This document shows, in pieces, positions 53,822-64,000 of a DNA stretch of 64,000 nt. Positions within the stretch are counted from its first letter, which is position 1, and every line of letters starts with the position of its first letter. Source of the stretch: Eledone cirrhosa (taxonomy: Eukaryota). Position numbers and translations under genes: made by a program. Under the pieces are notes generated by a model that saw only the letters and a list, made by a program, of their open reading frames with translations, searched no databases and was not told the origin of the DNA. The stretch is taken from the NCBI GenBank assembly GCA_964016885.1, contig OZ024744.1, positions 112,158,001 through 112,222,000 of the forward strand. The letters are read 5' to 3'.

Positions 53822-53970
53822 CTTCAAGAGTCAGTTTAAGGATAGTTAGAGTGTGGGGGTTGTGCAGGTATGGTATATTTTGTGAGAGATTTACATACGT
53901 ATAGTCATAATTAAATGGAGTTTTTCATTACTGAAATTCTGGGAATATTCCTTATGGAAGGTGATAGACA

Positions 53971-54492
53971 TGGTTAAAATTTGTTCTGGTAATACAAGTT
54001 GTCTGTAGTTAGAATCGATCCTGGTTAAAATTTGTTCTGGTAATACAAGTTGTCTGTAGTTAGAATCGATCCTGGTTAAAATTTGTTCTGGTAATACAAG
54101 TTGTCTGTAGTTAGAATCGATCCTGGTTAAAATTTGTTCTGGTAATACAAGTTGTCTGTAGTTAGAATCGATCCTGGTTAAAATTTGTTCTGGTAATACA
54201 AGTTGTCTGTAGTTAGAATCGATCCTGGTTAAAATTTGTTCTGGTAATACAAGTTGTCTGTAGTTAGAATCGATCCTGGTTAAAATTTGTTCTGGTAATA
54301 CAAGTTGTCTGTAGTTGGAATCGATCCTGGTTAAAATTTGTTCTGGTAATACAAGTTGTCTGTAGTTAGAATCGATCCTGGTTAAAATTTGTTCTGGTAA
54401 TACAAGTTGTCTGTAGTTAGAATCGATCCTGGTTAAAATTTGTTCTGGTAATACAAGTTGTCTGTAGTTAGAATCGATCCTGGTTAAAATTT
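53971..54492. repeat. 51-bp tandem repeat, 10 near-identical copies
   Basis: Unit tggttaaaatttgttctggtaatacaagttgtctgtagttagaatcgatcc. Confidence 0.95.
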
Positions 54493-54859
54493 TATGATTA
54501 TTTTGGAATACTTTGGAATACTTCGTTATTGACATTAGGCCAATAATAACGAACTTGAATAAAATTAATGGTCTACGTCAATAAGGAAGTAGAAAAGATT
54601 CATTTCAAATTTTCAATTTTCAAATTTCAAATTTCGAGGTTTTTTTTAACTGCAACTCTATAGTCCTGGGACAAAGTTTAGGGTAGCTGAAACATATGTC
54701 AGATTGAGAATGCATTGGTTCTTTGGTGTTCTTTATAAATAGTATATAAACAGCACTGCATGAATCCTATTGCATTGACTTTCTAACAATCTGGTAAAAT
54801 TTCAATACTCCACTAAAAAATAACAGTATTATTATTATTATCACTATTATATATACATA

Positions 54860-55857
54860 TAGCGAGGAATTTAGCATACAGGTGAGTGTCCACCAGGGCT
54901 CTGTTCTTAGCCCTTTCCTATTTATTATAGTATTGCAGGCTATAACAGAGGAGTTTAAGAGCAGATGCACATGGGAACTCGTGTGTGCAGATGATCTTAC
55001 ACTTATAGCAGAATCTATAGCGGAACTAAAGAAGAAATTCCAAACCTAAAAGCAGGGACTAGAAAGAAAGGGTCTCAAAGTCAACCTGACAAAGACTAAG
55101 GTATACATATATATATATATATATATATACATACATACACTCAGACGCATATATATACATACACACACACACATATACATACACACACACACACATATAT
55201 ACATACACACACACATACATACACATATATACACACACACACACACACATATACACACACTTACACACATATATATATATACATATATATATATACATAT
55301 ATATACACATATGTATATACATATAAATATATACATCTATAGATATACATACATATATATACACATATACATCTAGTGGTCTCTAAGGAAACTAGGTGTA
55401 GAGGAATGGCTTGTGAGGACGGTGCAAGCTCTGTACAGAGGTGCCGTCAGTAAAGTGAGGGTAGGCATGGAGTTTAGTGAGGAAATCCAGATACAAGTAG
55501 GAGCACATGAGGGTTCGGTCCTCAGCCTGCTCCTGTTCATTATAGTCCTCCAAGCCATAACAGAGGACTTTAAGACTGGCTGACCATGGAAACTTCTCTA
55601 TGCTGACAATCTGGTATGTACTGCAGAGGGTGCTCTGAGACCATAGTATCTAGAATAAGGGCGGGTTGGAAGAAGTTTAGGGAGCTGCTTCCTCTGTTGA
55701 CAAAGAAGGGTTTCTCCCTGCAAACGAAAGCCGGTTATATGATGCCTGTTTGAGATGCGTGATGCTGCATGGTAGTGAGACATGGGCAGCAACTGCAGAG
55801 GATATGCAACGAGGAGTTTAAGAGCAGATGCACGTAAAATGATGATGATGATGATGA

Positions 55858-55860
<3 letters not shown>
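54860..55860 (+). pseudogene. scrambled RTE fragments separated by a microsatellite
   Basis: HQGSVLSP and ADDL pieces (54860-55100, 55375-55612) joined to a WKKFRELL piece and the tail. Confidence 0.8.
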
Positions 55861-55893
<33 letters not shown>

Positions 55894-56244
55894 TTTCTGA
55901 ATTTGTTTAGCAAGATTCTTTATCTGAAATCGTGTGTTGAAACCGATATTGTTATACTTTGGGAGGGTCATGTTGCCAATAAGAAACACACGCACCAGTT
56001 GCTTTCACTTCAATTTATTATATATTTATAAATTTATAAATTTACAAATTTACAAACTTATAAATTTCTGGTTGGTTGGTTGGTTCCACAACCAGATAGT
56101 TGTTTATATATAGTCATAGTCCTTTCGTCATACACTCTGTGACCTCTTCAGATATATATGTATAGGTTGAGGAGGGGTGGGAGTGGGGTGGGGAGGAGGT
56201 AGAGGGGCTATATGTATATATAAATATATATATACATTTTTTAT

Positions 56245-56722
56245 AGAAAGATTTGAATGGATACAGTTTAGTTGAAAGGAATTTATTGACACGTGTTTCT
56301 GTAACAGTTACATAACCTGAAAACAGCTGCTATCTACAAAAGTTTTAGTTATGCAGACATTCAATATTTCAATGTTATTATCAACTGTCATTTCATCAGA
56401 ATAATATTATTGAGAACCTATTTGGTTTTTATAGAGAATATTAGGAGGGAGGGGTGAAGTTGTTAGAAGAATAGTTGAGGGAGTGGTTTGTTGATAGCAG
56501 TGAGAATGTTTTGGTGGCAGTGAGTAATTAGATTCCCATCTGTTGTTTTAGAATATATTATTGGTTATTTTTCTAAATTTATAGAAGGATTAGAGATAGT
56601 AAAGATATGCGTGGTTGGTTTTGTGTTTGGAACTACAACTGGAACCGTCGAGCAAACTCTACGTGAGCTGTCAATCTACTGTGTGTAATATTTATATTAC
56701 AATACAACGGAAAATACTGTAT
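56245..56722 (-). mobile_element. family H copy 2 (hammerhead at 56283-56404 on minus strand; 3' terminus on plus strand)
   Basis: 56245-56550 is the reverse complement of 36712-37015; 56625-56722 matches 37034-37128 forward. Confidence 0.78.
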
Positions 56723-56909
56723 ATATTTTTTATATGTATATATATATATATGTATGTGTGCATATATATATATATGTATGCATATATATATATGTATATA
56801 TATGTGTATGTGTGTATGTGTATATATGTATATATATATATCATCATCATCATCATCATTTTACGTGCATCTGCTCTGAAACTCCTCTGTTGCATATCCT
56901 CTGCAGTTG

Positions 56910-57620
56910 CACGTGATGCTCATGAAAGACAACAGCTGTATAACAAAGTGCAGGGCAATAAAGATAGACGGTAGCCATGGAGTAGGCAGACCCAGAAAAA
57001 CCTGGGACGAGCTGATAAATTCCGACCTCACACACTTACACCTCTCCAAGACAATGTGACTGGACCGAGACCTTTGGCGGTACTCAGTAATAGAGAAGAC
57101 CCACCTTACCTAAATACAAAGTAAAACCTACTACAGTCAGTAGGCATCTCTAACAAAACACACCCCCGTCCCACCACCCCCACCCCATCCACACCGCTCC
57201 TTTCAATGTAAAGTTATGTTGGTGCCACACCATCCAGGCCGAAACAAATGAGATCGTGTAGGTGTCACGACAAAAAACACACAGTCCACGCTGTAATGTG
57301 GCCGTGTAGGCAACACGGTAAAAACCTCCCAGTCCACACTGTAAGTGTGGTTGGTGTTAGGAAGGGTATCCAGCTGTAAAAAACCCGCCAGACAGTCCAC
57401 GCTGTAATGTGGCCGTGTAGGCAACACGGTAAAAACCTCCCAGCCCCACACTGTAAATGTGGTTGGTGTTAGGAAGGGCATCCAGCTGTAGAAAACCCGC
57501 CAGACAGTCCTATGCGAGCAAGACAATCACTCTTGCCTCAAGTGGGAAAACCCCCGTCCAAACCCATGCAAGCGTGGAACACGGACGTTAAACATTGATG
57601 ATGATGATGATGATGATGAT
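56910..57620 (+). pseudogene. RTE 3' fragment with 3' UTR (internal duplication) and (ATG)n tail
   Basis: GVGRPRKTWD; ggttggtgttaggaagggc/tatccagctgta present twice. Confidence 0.8.
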
Positions 57621-57783
57621 ATGTGTGTATGTGTTTGTATATGTGTATATATATGTATATGTGTATGTATGTGTATATGTGTATGTATGTGTATATGTGT
57701 GTATATATATATGTGTGTGTATATATGTGTATATATGTATATATATATATGTATGTGTGTGTGTATATGTGTATATATGTATA

Positions 57784-57856
<73 letters not shown>

Positions 57857-58318
57857 GTGGGGGGGTGGGGGGTGCGTGTGTGTGTGTGTTTGTTAATGTG
57901 TCTGCTGACACCTGGAATATAGCTTAAGAGAAACTTGAAGATAATGGTATGATAGGCACTCAATATTTTGAACTTGGCCTTTGTCACTCTAAGTAGAACT
58001 TTAAAGAATTTGCTTTTAAAGAATTTCCCTTTTCTTTAAATCCATCAACCATGACCGACCCCCAAGATCTTATAGACACCTGAAATATAGGCATTGTTAG
58101 CTTAAGAGAAACTTAAAAATAAGGAGTGGCACCCCATTCTGAACCTGTTTATAGAATTCTATCTGCCTTTGTTACTCTAAATATAAATTATAGCTTTAAA
58201 GAATTAGCTTTTAATGAATTCCCTTTTCTATCAACCAATGACCTCCACCCATCCCACTCCCCACCCTCTCCTACCACCTGAAGAGACCTATAAATACCAT
58301 ATTTATTTTTGGATTGCC

Positions 58319-58369
58319 AGATTCCTGATGATTTCTTAAGAATGAAACAGTTCTAGTCCTGTAGAATCT
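58319..58369 (+). ncRNA. type I hammerhead ribozyme motif with complete stem III (GUA site)
   Basis: agattc-CTGATGA-tttc(ttaa)gaat-GAAA-cag(ttctagtc)ctg-TA-gaatct. Confidence 0.8.
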
Positions 58370-58584
58370 CATCTATATTAAAAATTTATACTCTGCTATG
58401 TATTGAGTACCTTACTTACTGTGGTTACCTCTGATTCAACTCGGAATAACGTACGATATATATATATATATACATATATATAGAAGTAGTAACACAACAG
58501 TTAGGTCACCATACTGAGAACAAATGTTTCATCTTGCGGATCTTCAGCTAGAATATACACTTGCTGCGTAGCAGCATCATCATT

Positions 58585-60452
58585 AACTGCATCATTAACT
58601 GCTACAAGGGTAAAGGAGATGCCCTAGATAGGGGAAACTATAGAGGCATTAAGTTAGTTGACCAGGTCATGAAGGTCATAGAAAGAGTTATAGCACAACT
58701 AATCAGAGATTGAATTGATCTAGATGAAATGCAGTTTGGGTGTGTGTCAGGTAAAAGTACCACAGACGCTCTTTTCCTTGTACAACTACAGGAGAAGTAC
58801 CTAGCTAAAAGTAAACCCCTCTACTTAGCTGTTGTTGACTTGGAGAAAGCCTTTGACAGAGTCCCCCACTCCATTATCTGGTGAGCCCATAGAAAACTAG
58901 GAGTAGATGAATGGCTTGTGAGAGCTATACAAGCCATGTATAAAGAAAGAGTCAGCAAGGTTAGAATTAACAACGAATATAGTGAAGAATTTAGTGTAAA
59001 AGTTGGTGTTCACCAAGGCTCTGTCCTTAGCCCCCTCTTGTTTATTATTGCCCTTCAGGCTATAATAGAGGAGTTTAAGACCGGCTTCCCATGGGAACTT
59101 CTATACGCAGATGATCTAACTTTCATAGCTGAATCTATGGCTGAGCTAGAGACGAAATTCCAAACATGGAAGCATGGCCTAGAATCAAAAGGCCTTAAAG
59201 TTAACTTGTCTAAGACTAAAGTTCTAGTATGTAGAAAGGGAAATAGGGCACATGTGCCCTCTGAGAAATGGCCATGCTCAGTGTGTAAGAAAGGAGTAGG
59301 TAAAAATTCCATTTTATGTCCCAAATGCAAACTATGGGTACATAAAAGGTGTAGTGGGATCAGAGATAAGCTATCTAAGAACATAGATTTTATATATGGT
59401 CGATGCTCAGGTGCAATAAGTAGCAAGTGCCCACAAGATACTAGCTCCTTCTACTGACCAGATGGTTCTATAGAAATAGTAGACACCTTCCGCTACCTAG
59501 GTGACAAAATCAGCAGTGGTGGAGGGTGCTCTGAAAGTACAGTAGCCAGAGTCAGAATGAGATGGAAAAAGTTCAGAGAGCTTATACCGCTGTTGGCCGC
59601 TAAAGGTTTCTCTCTAAAAATAAAAGGCAGGCTGTATGATGTCTGCATACGAACAGCAATGTTACATGGCAGTGAGACATGGGCATTGTGTGCAGAGGAC
59701 CTGCGCAGACTGGAGAGGAACGAAGCACACATGCTCCGTTGGATGTGTAATAGTAATATACGTGAACGGCAAAGCATAAATGAACTAAGTGAGAAATGAG
59801 GAATAAGAGGGATCAGATGTTGTTTACTCGAGAGAAGACTACGTTGGTATGGTCACGTGATGCGCATGAAAGACGACAGCTGTCTAAAAAAGTGTAGGTG
59901 ATAAAAATTGATGGTAGTTACGGAGTAGGCAGACCCAGAAAAACCTGGAACGATCTGATAAATTCCGACAATGCACACTTTAACCTCTCTAAGACAATGT
60001 CACTGGAACGAGATCCTTGGTGCTACGCAGTAATACAGAAGACCCGCCTTGCCTATGTACAAAGTGAAACCTACAGTCAGTAGGCACCCCATTACCCACT
60101 ATCCCTACTCCATCCTCCCACTCCCACCAAAACCACATTTTCTCTGTTAAGTTGTGTTGATACCACAACATCCAGTCCAAACTAATGAGGTTGTGTATGT
60201 GTCACAACAAAATAAAACAACACACAGTCCACACTGTAATTTGGTCGTATAGGTAACAGTAAAAAGCTCTCAGTCTACACTCTAAATGTGGTTGGTGTTA
60301 GGAAGGGTATCCAGCCATAGAAAACCTGCCAGATAGTCCTATACGAGCAAGACACAGTCACCCAACCAATCTTGCCTCAAGTGGGACAATTCACGTCTAA
60401 CCCATGCTAGCATGGAAGATAGACGTTAAACGATGAAGATGATGATGATGAT
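58585..60452 (+). pseudogene. RTE LINE 3' portion (RT, PHD, tail)
   Basis: INCYKGKGDALDRGNYRGIKL, DLEKAFDRV, YADD, CSVCKK...WVHKRC, RPRKTW; multiple stops. Confidence 0.92.
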
Positions 60453-60691
60453 ACATATACATATTTTGTTTTGCAAGGTTTTTGATATGAAATCGTGTGT
60501 CGAATCAAATATTGTTATACTTGGGGAGGGTCATATTGTTATAATATTGCCAGAAATAATAACAGAACACACTCACTGTTTGGTTGGTTTTCGCTTCTGT
60601 ATCTTTTATATCTCCATAGTTAATTTATTTGGCAATCAATGTTTATCATTGATTGACCAGTGGTTAAAAATAGAGATATAAATATATATGT

Positions 60692-60745
60692 ATAGTCTAA
60701 CAAAGTTCTTCCGTTGCACATCTGCGACATCATCAGTGATACTAT
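60692..60745 (-). ncRNA. degenerate hammerhead-like motif downstream of the Penelope ORF (homolog at 11358-11410, plus strand)
   Basis: agtatca-CTGATGA-tgtcgc(agat)gtgcaac-GGAA-gaactttg; homolog agtatcaCTGATGtcacac(aggt)gtgtgatGAAAgaactttg. Confidence 0.5.
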
Positions 60746-61034
60746 TATGTTTCCTTCCGTTGTATTGTATGTCTACGCCATATTATTTTATTTATTTATT
60801 TATTTATTCTTGTCTCTGTCTCTGTGCATATATTTGCGTGTGTGTATAATGTTTGGTGTGTGTGTTCGCGTTTGGGTGACTGTGTTTTTGTTTTTGTATT
60901 CTATCTTAGTTTACTAGTGTGTGTGTTTATATGTGTTTCTTGTTATTGTACTTGTGTATATATTTATTTATTTATTTATTTATATTTCCCTTAAGTCAGT
61001 ATTGTTTGTTTGGGTATGGTTGTTGTTGTTGTTA

Positions 61035-62290
61035 TTCCATTCGTTCTTACTGTTTAACTTTGGTCTTCTTAGTTCTATCTCAGTTGCTTCTCTGATTTGC
61101 CTACCTGTTGAGTCATTTCTATGTTTAGTTAGTATTTTAATTTCTATGTTGTCTATATTACCATCATGTCTTTGTCTGGCGTGTTTGTATAGTACTGAAC
61201 CGTTTTTTTGTCTTTTTAGTTCCCCCAGTGTTGGTCTATTTGTTCCCCTATGCTTCGAGCTGTCTCACCTATGTATGTCGTTGTCATGTTTCTGCAAGTA
61301 CCCTCTGTAGATCTTATGCTATAGACTACATTTCTAGTTTTACAGTTTATCTGGGGGTTCATTTTACATATAACACATTTCTTATTTGTACAGTGGGTTT
61401 TCTTAAAGGGGTGTTTGCTATTCAGGGATTTTATGGTAGTTACTGGCTTTTCTACCACCTTAATCTTTAGATGGGTCTTTCTTAGGGCCTTTCTACATTG
61501 CTTAGCTAATTCCCCCCAGGGGTAGCATCCACGAACATGACACTCTGGTATCTCTGGTTGTCGTACCATGAAGTGGCTTTCCCTATCTTATGTTTAGTCC
61601 TATCTAAGCTATTCCATGATTTACTCCTGTATAATGGGCAAATTTCTTTCATGTCCAGTTCTATGAGGGTCTTATATTTCTCCGTGGCTCCTTTATATAC
61701 TCTGATTCTGTCTCTTTGGTTGTAGCCAGAGAACTGCATACAGTTGATGAAGTGTTGGATGTGTCTTTCCTTTTCAGTTGGGTCACACATGTGGGACACA
61801 TTCTTCATCACTCTTACCAAGTCTGCGATCAGAATATTAAACTTAGCACTATTGGACATTGCTGAGTTTTTGAGTATCAGGTATTTGGAGGCCATGGGTT
61901 TAGCATAGTGTGAGTGGAGAATTTGGTCCCTCTCGTCTATAGTGCTTAACCAGAGTTCCATATCTAATACAGGTAGTCTATTGTTAGGGTATTTGGAAGG
62001 GTAGTCAATAGTTACAGTTATACTCTGGGGTTACAGCTATACTATGGGGTTAGCTATCTGCTGGATGCTCTCCATTGTGCTATCTTCTAAATCATGTTTA
62101 TTAGTACTCTCTTGTGAGGGTGTTCTTATTACTATATTGATATTGTCTACGTAACGAGAGTACATGATGAGGTCTATGGAGCTCTCTTTAAGGAGTGCTC
62201 TGAGTCTCCTATCCCACCATACAATAAATAGATTGGCAACATCGCCAGCTATGCTGACACCAATGGCTGCTCCCTCATTCTGGGTGTATA
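61035..62290 (-). pseudogene. Penelope-like element: RT plus Cys-rich linker plus GIY-YIG endonuclease
   Basis: Minus strand QNEGAAIGVSIAGDVANLF, SRYVDNINI, LPVLDMELW, HCTNKKCVICK...INCKTRNVVYSI...YIGETARS. Confidence 0.85.
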
Positions 62291-62297
62291 TATAACC

Positions 62298-64000
62298 ATC
62301 CTCTCGTACGCAGGGAGAAACCTGGCTTTGTCAACAGAGGAAGCAGCTCCCTAAACTTCTTCCAACGTGTCCTTATTCTAGATACTATGGCCTCGGAACC
62401 CCCCCCCCCCCCCCCCTTCCATGCTAATCTGATCACCTAGGTACTGGAAGCTATCAACCACTTTTATAGAACCCGCCTGTATTGGAAAAATGTGTCTATC
62501 ACTGCTATTACTACTGCTAACTTTCCCTGTACATCTACTGGATACATAGTTTTCCCTACCTGTTAGTTTGCCTGCTATCCCACATCATCTCTTGTGTACC
62601 CAAGATCTGCATTGCGTACATTTTATGAAATTTATGCCATTTCCCCGATGGAATCAGAGTATTGTCCTCTCTTCTACTTATCAACACTTTTGTTTTAGCT
62701 AGGTTCACTCTCAGGCCTCTTGATTCCAACTGCTGTTTCCATAGCCAGAATTTATTCTCTAGCTCCTCTACTGATTCTGATAGAGAAGTTCCCATGGGCA
62801 GCCAGTCTTAAACTCCTCTGTTATGGCTTGGGGGACTATAATGAACAAGAGCAGGCTGAGGACTGGAATTCTTCATCTGGAATTCTTCACTAAACTCCAT
62901 TCCTATTCTCACTTTGCTGATAGCACCCCTGTACATAGCTTACACTGTCCTCACAAGCCATTCCTCTACACCTAGTTTCCTTAGGGACCACCAGATTACA
63001 GATCGAGGTACCCTATCAAAGGTCTTCTCTAGGTCAACAAAAGCTAAGTATAGTGGCTTATTCTTCTTTAAGATCTTCTCTGGTAGTTGTCTCACTAAGA
63101 AGAGGGCATCTGTTGTACTTTTCCCATGCACAAAACCAAACTGCATCTCATCTAATTTGACCCTTTCTCTAATCAGTTGCACTAATATTCTCTCTGCCAC
63201 TTTTATAACCTAATCCATCAGTTTTATGCCCCTATAATTGCTCCTCTGTAGAGCATCCCCTTTACCTTTGTAGCAATTTATGAGAATACTGCTGCACCAG
63301 TATTTGGGTATGACACCACCATATATAGCTTGATTGATGATGCGTGCAACTAGTTTAGTGCCTACATCGCCTGATGCCTTTAGTATCTCAGCAACTATCC
63401 CTGACGGTCCAGCAACCTTACCATTTTTCATTTCCTTAATTGTCTCTTGTACCCTATATTCGTCAATCTCAATAGCTGGTCCCTCTGTCGGATCTACTGG
63501 GGGTTATTTCTCTCTCTCCCATTCATTCTCCACATTCATCAGTCTCTCATAATGACATTTCCAGGCCTCCTTTTTTCTTATCATTCGTGACATTGTGTAC
63601 ACCGGCATCATTCCAGACACACTTATCTCCAACTATATCCTGATTTGCATTGACACACTGCCTTGCAATGCAGAACACCGCACATCTCTGATCTTCCCAT
63701 CGCAGAACATTGGCAAATCTCCTTCTCTCAGCCTTCCTACGTGCTAAGTGCACCTGATGTCTAGCTTCTCTCTCAGCAGCTGTGAATCCTTCTCTACTCC
63801 CACCCCTTTTCCAAGCCTTCCATGCTAGTCTTTTGTCTCTAATGGCCCTATCTACCGTGCTGTTCCACCATGAGGTCACTCTCTGTCTGGTTGAAGTTCT
63901 GTCTCAACCACAAGTTTCTTCAGTAGCCTGCAGCAAGTTGTCACAAGAAATTCCAGTTATCATCTATGTCATATGATTCTAAATCGTCTTCTTTTTCATC
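62298..64000 (-). pseudogene. RTE LINE, same family as 28638-31906, degraded, runs off the window
   Basis: Near-identical peptides (LDEMQFGFV, FVDLEKTFDRV, WWNSTVD) with stops and frameshifts. Confidence 0.92.

Overview
This AT-rich, repeat-dominated window looks like metazoan intergenic or intronic DNA. The SINE, LINE and microsatellite content is most reminiscent of an octopod cephalopod (inference). No host protein-coding exon could be recognised, and most ORF-track entries are translations of (TA)n, (CA)n or minisatellite DNA. Recognisable mobile elements: one near-full-length RTE-clade LINE (28638-31906; APE, RT and a PHD finger inside the RT) plus many RTE fragments; Tx1/L1-like, R4/Dong-like, CRE-like and CR1-like fragments; a Penelope-like RT/GIY-YIG element; a TIR-bounded Tc1/mariner (DD37D-like) relic; and two tRNA-derived SINE families. 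Several minisatellites are present (82, 40, 39, 13, 55 and 51 bp units). The most striking unexplained structure is a dense set of short non-coding elements, mostly in or next to (TA)n tracts, many of them fold-back palindromes. They carry type-I hammerhead ribozyme motifs (stem I-CUGANGA-stem II-GAAA-stem III-UH-stem I') from several sequence-distinct families, show structure-preserving variation, and in some families share the same fold-back point between copies. They are probably non-autonomous Penelope-derived or retrozyme-like elements. All structures were read by eye and none has been computationally or experimentally validated.
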